Below are positions 1 through 9,775 of a stretch of 64,000 nt of DNA, one piece after another (the first letter of the stretch is position 1; every line of letters begins with the position of its first letter). The notes below the pieces were generated by a model, which saw only the letters and a program-made list of their open reading frames with translations, was not told the DNA's origin and searched no databases. The stretch is from an uncultured Alphaproteobacteria bacterium. Lineage in GTDB: Bacteria > Pseudomonadota > Alphaproteobacteria > Rhizobiales > Xanthobacteraceae. The stretch is from NCBI GenBank assembly GCA_963831275.1, contig CAWHPN010000004.1, forward strand, positions 31,265 to 95,264, in the 5' to 3' direction. The translations under genes were made by a program, and so were the position numbers.

Positions 1-631
1 CATAGAATGGGATTGCCGCATTGAGATCGGAACCCATCCGCACCGCCAGAAAATTGACGACGCCCCCTCCAAAGCAAAAGCCGGTGGCACCGAGCTTGCC
101 GGTACAATCCGGCCGCAATTTCAGCCATGCCGCCGCCGCCAGAAAATCTTCAGTCATCTTGGGTCGCTCGAGCTGAGCAAAAAGCTTCCCGCCTTTCTCA
201 TCGTCTCCGGGGTATCCCCCAAGAGACGTCAGCCCATCGGGAGCGAATGCAATGAAGTTCGCGGTAGCCAGTCTGCGCGCGACATCTTTTATGTACGGAT
301 TTAGACCGCGGTTTTCATGGACGACCAAAACTGCGGGCAATTTTCCGATCGTATCTGCTGGACGCACCAAATAACCCGCGATGCTCCCGTTGCCGTTTGG
401 CGATGGCACAGTTGCAGATTCGGCCTTAATCCGGTTGTCGTTTTCTGGGACTTGTATAGCCAACGCATAATTTGGTCGGAGCATCTCAAAGAGGGCCATC
501 GCGGTTATGCCCCCGACCGCAAACTTTTGTGCACCATCGAGAAAGTCACGCCGATGAATTTCGCCGTGCACGTATCGATCGAACAGGCTTAAGAGCTCCT
601 GGGGGAAATCGGATGCCTTTTTTCGTTCCAT
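1..631 (-). CDS. dienelactone hydrolase family protein (start inside window, 3' end runs off the window start)
   Basis: Absent from the ORF track because it runs off the edge. Hand translation of the reverse strand from ATG at 631 gives MERKKASDFPQELLSLFDRYVHGEIHRRDFLDG...PAVLVVHENRGLNPYIKDVARRLA...KLGATGFCFGGGV, the HENRG and CFGGG pattern of dienelactone hydrolases. GGAG lies about 8 nt upstream of the ATG. Confidence 0.75.
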   Translation of the reverse strand, partial: MERKKASDFPQELLSLFDRYVHGEIHRRDFLDGAQKFAVGGITAMALFEMLRPNYALAIQVPENDNRIKAESATVPSPNGNGSIAGYLVRPADTIGKLPAVLVVHENRGLNPYIKDVARRLATANFIAFAPDGLTSLGGYPGDDEKGGKLFAQLERPKMTEDFLAAAAWLKLRPDCTGKLGATGFCFGGGVVNFLAVRMGSDLNAAIPFY

Positions 632-803
632 CGAAGTACTCCGACCGGTTGCCGTTCTGGCGAACAATAAAGAACTCTCACGACTAAGGGACATCAACCC
701 CCTTTTTCGAAGTAACGTTCTAAATACCATACCATCACTGATTGAGAACCAAAACTGCGCAGGCGCGTTTGGGACCTGAGGGCGTTTTTTTCAGAGGCGT
801 GCT

Positions 804-1007
804 ATGTCCAGGGGCGATCAGTATCGTGTGCGGGCACTTGAATTTCTGGGTCAAGCTGAGACAGCAAAAAACTCTTTAGCGCGGACCAAGTTTGCAACCT
901 TGTCGGCCGCCTTTATGCGACTCGCCATCCAATCAGAACGCAATGACGGGCATGTCATTCATTTTGAGTTGCCGGCCAAAGGCGACGCCGAAAATAGCAG
1001 GTCGTAA
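804..1007 (+). CDS. small hypothetical protein (67 aa, helical)
   Basis: ORF track 804..1007. AGAGG lies about 7 nt upstream of the ATG. No recognisable domain; it resembles small helical proteins common in Bradyrhizobiaceae. Confidence 0.35.
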   Translation: MSRGDQYRVRALEFLGQAETAKNSLARTKFATLSAAFMRLAIQSERNDGHVIHFELPAKGDAENSRS

Positions 1008-1057
1008 GTCTCACCATCTTCCTCGGTGTGGAGGCGCCAATCAATGGACGCGCGTTC

Positions 1058-1813
1058 TTATGCCCTTAGCTCGTAGAGAAGCATGGACTCGATATAGAAC
1101 GATCGCTCGAAGGCGAGGCGGGCTCGGAAGCCCGCCTTGCTGATCAGTTGGTCAAACAAGTCAAGATCGGAGTCCGACGATAACATAACGTAGAGACAGC
1201 CACCGGGTTTGAGGCGCTCGCGGGCCTGGTCAAACAAGGCCGCCACGTTCCGATAGTGTGGGCCGGCGTGCCAGCCGCTGTCAGCCAGGTCGCGGGGCTC
1301 GCCAGCATGCTTGGGTGGACTTGATAGGACCACGTCAAAGAGCGGCTGCGACGGAAGCGCGGCGAAAAGGTTCATGCAGGCTGCGGTTATTCGGTTTCCA
1401 AAGCCATTCACGTGCGAATTTTCCAGCGCCGAAAGCGCGGCATTGGGATTGATGTCGAGCGCCAGGACGCTTGCCGCACCAGCGCGCGCGGCCGCAAGCG
1501 CGAGAATGCCAGACCCGGTGCCGACATCAGCCACGCTCTTACCGCTGAGGTCGAGTCCATCAAGAAATTCCGCGAAATATTCGCTGCTGAGAAAGAAGCG
1601 CGGATGAAATACTGTCGGTCGGACGCGCAAGGAGAAACGTGCGGCCCGGATGGTCCGGATGTTCTTGCGGTTGAGGATGACGTGATAGGAAAAGAAATGA
1701 ATGAAGGCACGCAGAAGCCGGCGGAGCGGTCCGTGCGGCATTCCGCGCCGATCGAGTCCGCCTGTCGGGATGGTGGGTACGTCGACGGTGTTCGGGTTTG
1801 AGGTTTGGGTCAT
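1058..1813 (-). CDS. class I SAM-dependent methyltransferase (HemK/small-MTase-domain like)
   Basis: SAM-binding motif VADVGTGSGILALAAARAG..LALDIN, and VLSSPPKH in the position of the NPPY-type motif. Confidence 0.75.
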   Translation of the reverse strand: MTQTSNPNTVDVPTIPTGGLDRRGMPHGPLRRLLRAFIHFFSYHVILNRKNIRTIRAARFSLRVRPTVFHPRFFLSSEYFAEFLDGLDLSGKSVADVGTGSGILALAAARAGAASVLALDINPNAALSALENSHVNGFGNRITAACMNLFAALPSQPLFDVVLSSPPKHAGEPRDLADSGWHAGPHYRNVAALFDQARERLKPGGCLYVMLSSDSDLDLFDQLISKAGFRARLAFERSFYIESMLLYELRA

Positions 1814-2067
1814 CCTGGGAAACGTTCCTGTGGGGAATTTGTGTCGAGGTTCCCGGAAATAATCTTCAAACCAATTTGTAAATGTAAATGTAAGCTATTG
1901 GGGTCTTTCTAGAAGGACATTATATCAATGCCCGAATGACAAATCTTGCAATCTTGGATCGATTCCCCCATTTTTGTTGAAATTTCCGAAAGCCGCCTGC
2001 GTAAGTCGCTCGGCAAAGAGGATAAGCTGCTTTCAGCGGTTTTGGCGCCCTCGCCAGTCAACGCTAT

Positions 2068-3159
2068 TTATGACCGTTGCAGCGAGGGATGTTCGCACCA
2101 GAACTCAAGCAGTTTTTTAGCGGTCGACGGCGACAGTCTCGTATAGTCGCTTTTCAGTTTATTGATTTCGTCTTCTGTTGCTATTCGTCCGAGCAAATCG
2201 TCTTGCAACAAGGCGCGTAAGGTCGGCCACGACAGTCCCGCAGCCTTGCATGGCACGAGCAATGGCTCATTGCGGCCTTCCGCCAGCATTTGCTTGACCA
2301 TATCGATCGGTGCCGAGCACAATGTTGCGAGTGCGGTCACCGTTGTTGCAAATTGTCGCGCTTTCACGAATTCGAGCAGCGCAACCTGATCGAGCTCGCC
2401 GTTTTCATGCATCAACTTGACGAGGCGTTGTGCCGCGGCAAAGTCATGATGCAGTTCTTCGGTTTTGATAACTTGATTTGGCGTGCTGGCCAACAAATCC
2501 TTGATGTCGTCCCGTTTTTCTGGCGTCGCCAGTGCCAAAAGACGTGTCCGGACCGCTTCGGTTACTCGCTCCAAAAGACGACGAAAAATGTGAAGCGGCA
2601 GGTCAATGCGCAGACCAAGCTTTTCTAAAAGTGTTTCATCGCTCTCGGGACGGTCCACGAGATAGGCGTAAGCCTGCTCGGAAAACCGGGCTCCCGAATT
2701 TTCGGCCAACTTACTGATAACGTCCCGATCTCCACGCTCAATCAAGGCATCTATAAGAGATTCACTGAGGCTGTTCCGTTTGGAGATCGCCAGCATGTGG
2801 GACTGGCTCTTAGCCCTGACAATTTCAATAAGATCAGGAGTGGTCAGGCGATCCGACAGCGATAAAACCGGCCCGGCGATGGCTATTTCGTCATCTCGGG
2901 CAAGAGTGTGAACGACCTTGATGGGCGCGTTGTTGATCGGCGCGAGACGCTCGCTGAGTTCGATCATGGCAGCCAATTCCATCCGCCTGATCAGATGGCT
3001 CAGAACATCATCGAATACCTCGATCTGCACTTCACTCAGGCGTTCGTGTCCAACCAGAAACAAATCTGTGACACGACGAAGCGTTTCGACCCGCTTTTCC
3101 TGTGAACCGCGCCGCACCGCGTCTTCGAGTTCAGATATCAATAACTTGTGCTGATACAT
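2068..3159 (-). CDS. DUF2336 domain protein (paralog 1)
   Basis: 363 aa. It aligns by eye along its length with the second copy at 52557..53714 (RRVTDLF..G...L...Q...FDDV...L......A....SE.LA....AP......LA.DD.I..AGPVL..S). Confidence 0.8.
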   Translation of the reverse strand: MYQHKLLISELEDAVRRGSQEKRVETLRRVTDLFLVGHERLSEVQIEVFDDVLSHLIRRMELAAMIELSERLAPINNAPIKVVHTLARDDEIAIAGPVLSLSDRLTTPDLIEIVRAKSQSHMLAISKRNSLSESLIDALIERGDRDVISKLAENSGARFSEQAYAYLVDRPESDETLLEKLGLRIDLPLHIFRRLLERVTEAVRTRLLALATPEKRDDIKDLLASTPNQVIKTEELHHDFAAAQRLVKLMHENGELDQVALLEFVKARQFATTVTALATLCSAPIDMVKQMLAEGRNEPLLVPCKAAGLSWPTLRALLQDDLLGRIATEDEINKLKSDYTRLSPSTAKKLLEFWCEHPSLQRS

Positions 3160-3388
3160 CGAATTGGTGTCTGCCGGTGGCTGCGGCTGGCTCGTTAACA
3201 GTAGGTAAATGTGATTTTACATGAGAGCATCTAAAGAATTGATTTAGCCGCGGGATTTGAGCGCACGTCCTCTGTGTTTGCTGGCGTTTTTCGCACAAGC
3301 CCGGAACCTTTCATCAGCACGAGCATCAAACGGGTGTCTGACAAAACAGCAGGGCCGGGGGCTCCAGCCAGAGATTCAGGAAATACAT

Positions 3389-4007
3389 ATGACTTCAAAT
3401 GTGCATGCTCTCGAGCGGGTGAAGCCGCTGCGTACGGGGCCGGAGCGCCCGGATCGTGCCGAGGTCGAGGCCGCTTTCCGAACCATCATTCAGTGGACCG
3501 GAGACGACCCCGACCGTGACGGCTTGACCGAGAACTCCCGCGCGCGTAGCGCGTGCATTTGAGGAGTTTTTTGTCGGTTACCGTCAGGACCCCGTGGAGA
3601 TCCTGCAAAAGACCTTCGAGGAAATCGAAGGCTATGACGAGATGATTGCGCTAAGGGGCATTCGCTTTGAAAGCCATTGCGAACACCATATGGCGCCTAT
3701 CGTCGGCCAGGCCTGGGTCGCTTACGTCCCGAGCGGACGTGTGGTCGGGGTCAGCAAGCTTGCGCGTGTCGTAGAAGTGTATGCGAAACGTTTGCAGATC
3801 CAGGAAAAGATGACAGCTCAGATCGCAAATACGATCAATGATGTGCTCAAGCCGCAGGGCGTCGGCGTCATCATCAAGGCGTCGCACCACTGCATGACCA
3901 CGCGAGGCGTGCACAAGCCGGATTCGGATCTCGTCACTAGCCGGATGTTGGGCTGCTTCCGGGATAATCCTCTAACCAGGCAGGAATTCCTGAGCATGGC
4001 TGTATGA
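3389..4007 (+). pseudogene. folE: GTP cyclohydrolase I (FolE), frame interrupted by one extra base near 3533-3534
   Basis: ORF 3257..3562 (from M45, MTSNVHALERV...DPDRDGLTE) and ORF 3594..4007 (..[36 protein letters not shown]...) are the two halves of FolE. Removing one A from GAGAACTCC gives [30 protein letters not shown]. The span is 619 nt, which is 3n+1. Confidence 0.85.
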
Positions 4008-4205
4008 CCGGAAGCACGAGAGATAGCTCCACCTGAAGTTTGCTGCCTTAGTCTCCATTCGGCTCGCTGTCCTTCAGATAGCCCTGATTTTTTCTTGGGA
4101 ACGGCCTGATTTTCTGTGTCCGAAAGGCGGCGGGCTGCAGGCAATTCGCGTCAAAAGCACATCCACCTGATATGTTGGATCCGACGAAATTGTCCGGTCC
4201 GACCG

Positions 4206-5120
4206 ATGCTTACGCTCCGTCAAATCGAAGTCATTCGCGCCATCATGGTGACGGGTACCGTTGGCGGCGCGGCGCGGCTGCTCAACGTCTCGTCGCCTGG
4301 CGTCAGTCGGGTCATGAAACACGCGGAAGCGCTGGTCGGGGTCAAACTTTTCAGCCGCAGAGGAGGGCGCTACAGCCCGACACCGCAAGCCAACGCCATT
4401 TTCACGCAGATCAACGGCGTCTACGACAAGGTCGAAGATCTGCAGTTCGTCATTTCCCGGATCAAGCGCGGCTCCAATACAGAACTCAAGATCGGGTCCG
4501 TGCCGAGCATCGCAAACGTCATGGTCCCGCGCGCGATCGCGGATTTGCGAAAGGCGCTGCCCAATCTCATGATTGATGTTGATATTCTGAAAATCGAAGA
4601 TGCGGTCGACTACCTCTTGCTTGGCAAAGGTGAACTGGTGACGCTAAGCGACAAGCTCGATCATCCGATGCTCGCGGTCGAGCCGTTGGCGCGCGGGCAA
4701 CTCAAATGCATTGTGCCGGAAGGTCATCCGCTTTCGCGTCGGACGCGAGTGACGGCAGACGAGATCGTGAAGCACCCATTGATCGGCGTCGATCCGAATG
4801 ATCCCTATGGCCGCATCGTGGCCAATCTTTTCGCGCGCCGCGACCTGCACTACCACGTCACGATTCGTGCCCGGTTCGGATCGACCGTCTGCGCCCTTGT
4901 TTCGCATTGGCTGGGAATCGCGATTGTGGACGAATTCACGCTGGCGGGTGACCAATGGCCCCAAGTCCGCGCACTCGACATCGCCGAACCGACCACGTTC
5001 CAAACCTATATTGCACACCGCAAGGACGTGCCCTTATCGGGCCACGGCGCCCAATTCGTTGCGGCTCTGCGCAGCCAGATGGAAGCGGCAGCGCGCCCGC
5101 GCGGCGTCCGGAGAAAATAA
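4206..5120 (+). CDS. LysR-family transcriptional regulator
   Basis: N-terminal HTH MLTLRQIEVIRAIMVTGTVGGAARLLNVSSPGVSRVMKHAEALVGVKLF followed by a LysR effector-domain length. I chose the ATG at 4206 rather than the track start at 4116. Confidence 0.85.
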   Translation: MLTLRQIEVIRAIMVTGTVGGAARLLNVSSPGVSRVMKHAEALVGVKLFSRRGGRYSPTPQANAIFTQINGVYDKVEDLQFVISRIKRGSNTELKIGSVPSIANVMVPRAIADLRKALPNLMIDVDILKIEDAVDYLLLGKGELVTLSDKLDHPMLAVEPLARGQLKCIVPEGHPLSRRTRVTADEIVKHPLIGVDPNDPYGRIVANLFARRDLHYHVTIRARFGSTVCALVSHWLGIAIVDEFTLAGDQWPQVRALDIAEPTTFQTYIAHRKDVPLSGHGAQFVAALRSQMEAAARPRGVRRK

Positions 5121-5263
5121 CATCATGTTAAGTTTCCCGCACGTTTTGGTTATTGACCTTGTGCGGCCGGATTAGCAAGGTCGTGGCACAGGGCCGGCAA
5201 CAACCTGCTGGCAGAAGCCCGAATTCAACGGGCCCTCATCCTACCAGAAGGAGGGAGCTTCCA

Positions 5264-6406
5264 ATGTATCGTCCAGGACTCTTTGCGTCACTGATGGTGG
5301 CGGGTCTCGGGTTGGCCGGGCCGGTCTTTGCCCAATCCACTGTCTACATTCCCGCCATTCTCGAACTGTCCGGCGCCGGCGCGGTGTCCGGTACCAATTT
5401 CCGCGACGGCACGCTTTTGGCGATTGATGAAATCAATGCCAAAGGCGGGATACTCGGCAAGAAAATCGAGACACCATTGCTCGACACGCAGAGCGACGCG
5501 GGCACGTCACGTGCGCAGGTGCAGAAGGTTCTCGACAACAAGCCATATGTCATTCTCGGTCCGGTATTCTCGGGCTCTGTGCTCGTGGACATGTTGCTCA
5601 CCCAGCAGGCGGAAATCCCGGAGATCGTCGGTGGCGAAGCCGCGGCCATTACACAGAAAGGCAACCCTTACGTATTCCGGACGTCATTCGGCCAGCAATT
5701 CAGTATGCCCAAAATTGCCAATTACATGCGCGATGGCGTCAAGGCGAAGACCGTCGCAGTCTTGTGGGTGAACAATGATTTCGGCAAGGGCGGTCGCGAC
5801 ACTTTCGTAAAGGAGATGAGTGCGCGCGATATCAAGGTGGTTGCCGATATCTCGACCGATTCCGGCCAAGCCGACTTTTCGGCTGATGTGGTCAAGCTCA
5901 AGGCGGCCAATGCCGATGCGATCTTCGTCTATCTTAACGAAGAAGAAAGCGCGCGCTTTCTGCGCGAAGCGAAAAAGCAGGGTATCAACAAGCCGTTGAT
6001 CGGCGAGACGACCTTGCTCGGCCAGAAGGTTATCGATCTTGCGGGTGGTGCTGCTAACGGGGTGCGTGGCCATGTCGGCCTCACTGTCGATGCGCCGATT
6101 CCGGCCGTGCAGGAGTTCGCAGCGAATTTCAAGAAACAATTCAACTATGCTTGCGACCACAACGGCATCAAAGGTTACACGGCCGTCTATTTCATCAAGC
6201 ACGTGACGGAAAAGATCGGGAAATTCGACAGCAAGGCCTTTGCGGAAGCGGCGCACGGCATGACAATTTCTCCCAAGGACCAGCCAGGAATTCTGATGGA
6301 AGCCACCTGGGACAAGAACGGTGATATCGACCGAATCAGCTTTTTGGGCGAGGTGGTCGACGGCAAGCAGAAGATCGTCGAAACGCTGCCAAAGCTCGGC
6401 AAATAA
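5264..6406 (+). CDS. ABC transporter periplasmic substrate-binding protein (HAAT / LivJ-like family)
   Basis: Signal peptide MYRPGLFASLMVAGLGLAGPVFAQ, AGGAGGGAG upstream of the ATG at 5264, and a type I periplasmic binding fold pattern (ELSGAGAVSGTNFRDG..LAIDEINAKGGILGKKIE). Confidence 0.85.
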   Translation: MYRPGLFASLMVAGLGLAGPVFAQSTVYIPAILELSGAGAVSGTNFRDGTLLAIDEINAKGGILGKKIETPLLDTQSDAGTSRAQVQKVLDNKPYVILGPVFSGSVLVDMLLTQQAEIPEIVGGEAAAITQKGNPYVFRTSFGQQFSMPKIANYMRDGVKAKTVAVLWVNNDFGKGGRDTFVKEMSARDIKVVADISTDSGQADFSADVVKLKAANADAIFVYLNEEESARFLREAKKQGINKPLIGETTLLGQKVIDLAGGAANGVRGHVGLTVDAPIPAVQEFAANFKKQFNYACDHNGIKGYTAVYFIKHVTEKIGKFDSKAFAEAAHGMTISPKDQPGILMEATWDKNGDIDRISFLGEVVDGKQKIVETLPKLGK

Positions 6407-6415
6407 TCTTTGAGT

Positions 6416-6445
6416 CTTCCGCCCGGCTGAGTCGCCGGGCGGAAG
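6416..6445 (+). terminator. perfect 12-bp GC-rich stem-loop between the binding-protein gene and the permease genes (attenuator or mRNA stabiliser)
   Basis: CTTCCGCCCGGC (6416-6427) / loop TGAGTC / GCCGGGCGGAAG (6434-6445), 10 nt after the TAA stop at 6404-6406. No U-tract follows. Confidence 0.6.
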
Positions 6446-6460
6446 TTAAAGGCCAACGCC

Positions 6461-7336
6461 ATGGCATCCTTCATCCAGCTTTTGGTGTCTGGTCTCGCAA
6501 CCGGTGCGATCTACGCCCTTATCGCAGTCGGATTCACGCTGCTCTGGCAAACATCGCAGACGATCAATTTTGCGCAAGGCGAATTCGTCATGCTGCCGGC
6601 ATTCTTCGTGCTCGCCGCCATGAATGCCGGTGCGCCATTCTGGTTGGCCGCGCTTATCGGGATCGCACTCTCGATTGTGATCCTGGGAATTCTTTTCAAG
6701 CTCATCGTCGTCGATCCCATGATCCGTTACGGCGTGCTTCCGCTTGTTATCTCCACCATCGCGCTATCGCTATTGCTCAAGGAGAGCGCGAAGGATTTCT
6801 ATAGCTCGCAGGCACAACCGTTTCCTGCGCTCGTGCCGCCGACCGATATTCATATTTTCGATGCGGTCGTCTCGACGCAGAGTCTGTTGGTGCTCGCGGT
6901 CGCCATCCTCACGGTAATTGCTTTACATCTTGTGCTGAACAAGACGCGGATTGGTCGCCAGATGCAGGCAACCGCGCAGAACGCGACATTGGCGCGTATT
7001 CTCGGAATTCCGGTCGAGCGCATGGTGCTGTTCACGTTTCTCCTCAACGCCGTTCTCGTCGCCATCGCGTCGATCCTGATAAGTCCGATTTATCTGGCGA
7101 AATTCACCAACGGCGAGACCTTGGGGATGGCCGCCTTTATTGCGGCCATCATCGGCGGCTTCAATCAGGTGCGCGGCGCCATTTTGGGCGGGGTCATTCT
7201 TGGCGTGCTGGATAATCTTTCCGCCGCCTATGTTTCTTCGCAATATCGCGGGGCTTTTCCGCTCATTATCCTGATTGCGGTCATTCTATTACGTCCTCAG
7301 GGTCTGCTCGGCCGTGTTGAGGAGCGTACGGTATGA
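6461..7336 (+). CDS. branched-chain-amino-acid-type ABC permease (LivH-like)
   Basis: 291 aa, polytopic, typical LivH N-terminus MASFIQLLVSGLATGAIYALIAVGFTL. Confidence 0.9.
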   Translation: MASFIQLLVSGLATGAIYALIAVGFTLLWQTSQTINFAQGEFVMLPAFFVLAAMNAGAPFWLAALIGIALSIVILGILFKLIVVDPMIRYGVLPLVISTIALSLLLKESAKDFYSSQAQPFPALVPPTDIHIFDAVVSTQSLLVLAVAILTVIALHLVLNKTRIGRQMQATAQNATLARILGIPVERMVLFTFLLNAVLVAIASILISPIYLAKFTNGETLGMAAFIAAIIGGFNQVRGAILGGVILGVLDNLSAAYVSSQYRGAFPLIILIAVILLRPQGLLGRVEERTV

Positions 7337-8286
7337 ACCGCCTTGGTGCGGTGATCATTGCGGCCGGTGCTGTTTTTGCCGTGGCCGCGCCCTTTTTTCT
7401 AAAGCCGTTCGGTATCTATCTAATCTCCATGTGGGCGGTGCTGACGATCGCCGCCATCGGACTCAATTTGACGCTTGGCTACGCCGGACAGGTGTCGCTC
7501 GCTCAAGGCGCGTTTGTCGGTATCGGTGCATATACTGCGGCATTGCTGACGCAGGCCGGCTGTCCATTCGGGCTGGCGTTCATTGCTGCGGGCCTTTTGT
7601 GCTTTGCGATCGGGTGGGTTCTCGGTTATCCGGCGCTGCGCGTTCAGCATCACTACCTGGCCTTCGTCACGCTTGCGTTCACCACGTTAGTGTTTCTCGT
7701 GCTGCGCAACGAAGAATGGCTCACCGGCGGCATTTACGGCATCAACGGCATTTCGCGTCCAAGCTTTTTCGGCTGGTCAACGGCCAAGGCGATGAACTTT
7801 TACTTCTTTAGCCTCGGCATGCTGGCGGTGCTCGCGCTGGCAACCTGGTGGATGCTGCGTTCGCCCTGGGGCCGCGCCTTTGTCGCTTTGCGAGAGAATC
7901 CAGTCCGCGCGCTATCGCTCGGACTCGACACGCGCCGTTACACGTTGATGGCATTTGCCATCGGATCCAGCCTTGGTGGAATGTCAGGCGCGCTTTATGC
8001 GCCGCTCGTTCAATTCATCGAGCCTGCATCGTTTGCGCTGGCTCTGTCATTCAATCTGCTGCTGATGGTGATTGTCGGCGGCAGTGGCTACTTTTTTGGG
8101 CCATTTGTCGGTGCCCTGATCGCCGTGCTGCTTCCGGAATGGATGCGTGTCACGCAGGGCTATTACCTCATCGTCTACGCCGCGTTGGTCATGACGATGA
8201 TGGCCTTCTGCCCGTCCGGCATTCTCGGATTGATTGAACGTTCCCTTAAGGCGCTCATGTCACCCGTCAAAGAGGCCGGTCCATGA
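7333..8286 (+). CDS. branched-chain-amino-acid-type ABC permease (LivM-like)
   Basis: 317 aa, polytopic (LNLTLGYAGQVSLAQGAFVGIGAY). Overlaps the upstream gene by 4 nt. Confidence 0.9.
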   Translation: MNRLGAVIIAAGAVFAVAAPFFLKPFGIYLISMWAVLTIAAIGLNLTLGYAGQVSLAQGAFVGIGAYTAALLTQAGCPFGLAFIAAGLLCFAIGWVLGYPALRVQHHYLAFVTLAFTTLVFLVLRNEEWLTGGIYGINGISRPSFFGWSTAKAMNFYFFSLGMLAVLALATWWMLRSPWGRAFVALRENPVRALSLGLDTRRYTLMAFAIGSSLGGMSGALYAPLVQFIEPASFALALSFNLLLMVIVGGSGYFFGPFVGALIAVLLPEWMRVTQGYYLIVYAALVMTMMAFCPSGILGLIERSLKALMSPVKEAGP

Positions 8287-9026
8287 GCCCGGTTTTGCAG
8301 GTTTCCAATCTTCACAAGTCATTCGGCGGCATCGCTGCGGTCAACGGCGTGTCGTTCGACGTGCGCGAGGGCGAGATCCTCGGAATTATCGGGCCTAACG
8401 GTTCAGGCAAATCGACGCTGTTTAATTGTGTGCTCGGCCAGTATCGGCCGAACGCCGGCGAGGTGCGCATTGACGGCAAGCTGACGACCGGGATGCGCCC
8501 GTGCGATCTCAACCGTCTCGGCGTCAGCCGGACCTTTCAGTTGTTGCATGTATTTCCGCAGCTTTCGGTGCGGGACAATCTGATCCTCGCCGGCCAGGAA
8601 CATCAGGGCTCTATGGCATCGCGCCTGATCGGCCGTGCGGACGCGGGGATGGGCGAAGCCGCCGACAGGATGATCGCGTTTTTTCGGCTGTCACACCTGT
8701 CGGGCGAGCAGGCGGGCCTGCTCAGCTACGGCCAGCAGAAACTGCTTGATGCCGCCATGGCCTTTATGGCGGGTCCGCGGCTCGTGCTGCTGGACGAACC
8801 GGCCGGCGGCGTCAATCTAACGATGCTCGGGCACTTGCGGGAACGACTTCAGGCTTATCACGCTGAACGCAAAGCAACTTTTGTCGTCATCGAGCATCAG
8901 ATGGAATTCGTAATGGCACTTTGCACGCGCGTGCTGGTGCTGGCAGAGGGCCAAATCATCGCCGATGGCGCAGCACAGGACATCCGCCGCAACCCGGCTG
9001 TGATCGAAGCCTATCTTGGACACTGA
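8283..9026 (+). CDS. ABC transporter ATP-binding protein (LivG-like)
   Basis: Walker A GPNGSGKST, signature LSYGQQKLL, Walker B LVLLDEPAGG. Overlaps the upstream gene by 4 nt. Confidence 0.9.
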   Translation: MSPVLQVSNLHKSFGGIAAVNGVSFDVREGEILGIIGPNGSGKSTLFNCVLGQYRPNAGEVRIDGKLTTGMRPCDLNRLGVSRTFQLLHVFPQLSVRDNLILAGQEHQGSMASRLIGRADAGMGEAADRMIAFFRLSHLSGEQAGLLSYGQQKLLDAAMAFMAGPRLVLLDEPAGGVNLTMLGHLRERLQAYHAERKATFVVIEHQMEFVMALCTRVLVLAEGQIIADGAAQDIRRNPAVIEAYLGH

Positions 9027-9775
9027 TGATGAACACGGAACCGCTCCTCGTTCTTGATAAGGTATTCGCCGGCTACGGCAAGATGACGATCCTCAATGGA
9101 ACAAGCGCGCGTATCCGGCGCGGCACGATTACGACGGTGATCGGGCCGAACGGCGCCGGCAAATCAACGATGTTCAAGACGATTTTCGGTCTGCTGCCGG
9201 TACGCAGCGGTTCGATTGCCTTCAATGGCCATGAGACGACGAATTTCACGCCTCGCCAGCTCCTCGACATCGGGGTCGGCTATATCCCGCAGGGCCGCAA
9301 CATTTTTCCGGAGCTCAGTGTCCGCCACAATCTGGAGCTCGGGGGCGTGGCGCTGTCCGATCAGGCTCGGCTGTCGGGCCGCTTGGGTCAGGTTTTGCAA
9401 CGTTTTCCGATGCTAAAGGACAAAGCCGATGCTCAAGCTTCGACGCTGTCTGGCGGACAGCAAAAGATGCTCGAAGTGGCGCGCGGGCTTTTGCTCGATC
9501 CGAAGCTGATCCTGATCGACGAGCCCTCGATCGGGCTGTCACCACTGATGGTGCAGGAAGTATTCACGATCCTGAAATCGCTCCGCGATAATGGCGTTAC
9601 CATTCTCCTCATCGAACAAAACGCAAAACAGGCGCTGCAGATTTCCGACTACGGGTTGGTGCTGGAGCAAGGTCAAGCCCGAATTGAAGATACCGCGCCG
9701 AAAATTCTTGCCGATCCACGCATTGCGCAACTTTTTCTCGGGGGCGGATTGACTCCCGTGGAGCGCGTCTCATGA
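9026..9775 (+). CDS. ABC transporter ATP-binding protein (LivF-like)
   Basis: Walker A GPNGAGKST, signature LSGGQQKML, Walker B LILIDEPSIGL. The start ATG at 9026 shares a base with the upstream TGA (TGATG). Confidence 0.9.
   Translation: MMNTEPLLVLDKVFAGYGKMTILNGTSARIRRGTITTVIGPNGAGKSTMFKTIFGLLPVRSGSIAFNGHETTNFTPRQLLDIGVGYIPQGRNIFPELSVRHNLELGGVALSDQARLSGRLGQVLQRFPMLKDKADAQASTLSGGQQKMLEVARGLLLDPKLILIDEPSIGLSPLMVQEVFTILKSLRDNGVTILLIEQNAKQALQISDYGLVLEQGQARIEDTAPKILADPRIAQLFLGGGLTPVERVS

Noticed and set aside
3530-3562. Programmed ribosomal frameshifting as the explanation of the split genes
   Set aside because: There is no slippery heptamer or downstream structure. The three sites share a methylation motif rather than a translational signal, and folE, hlyD and Bug genes are not known to use recoding.
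4936-8912. Other GAATTC and GAACTC sites (for example near 4936, 6581, 8907) as further insertion errors
   Set aside because: The reading frames through them are intact and the encoded sequence is family-typical. Only the three frame-breaking sites are considered suspect.
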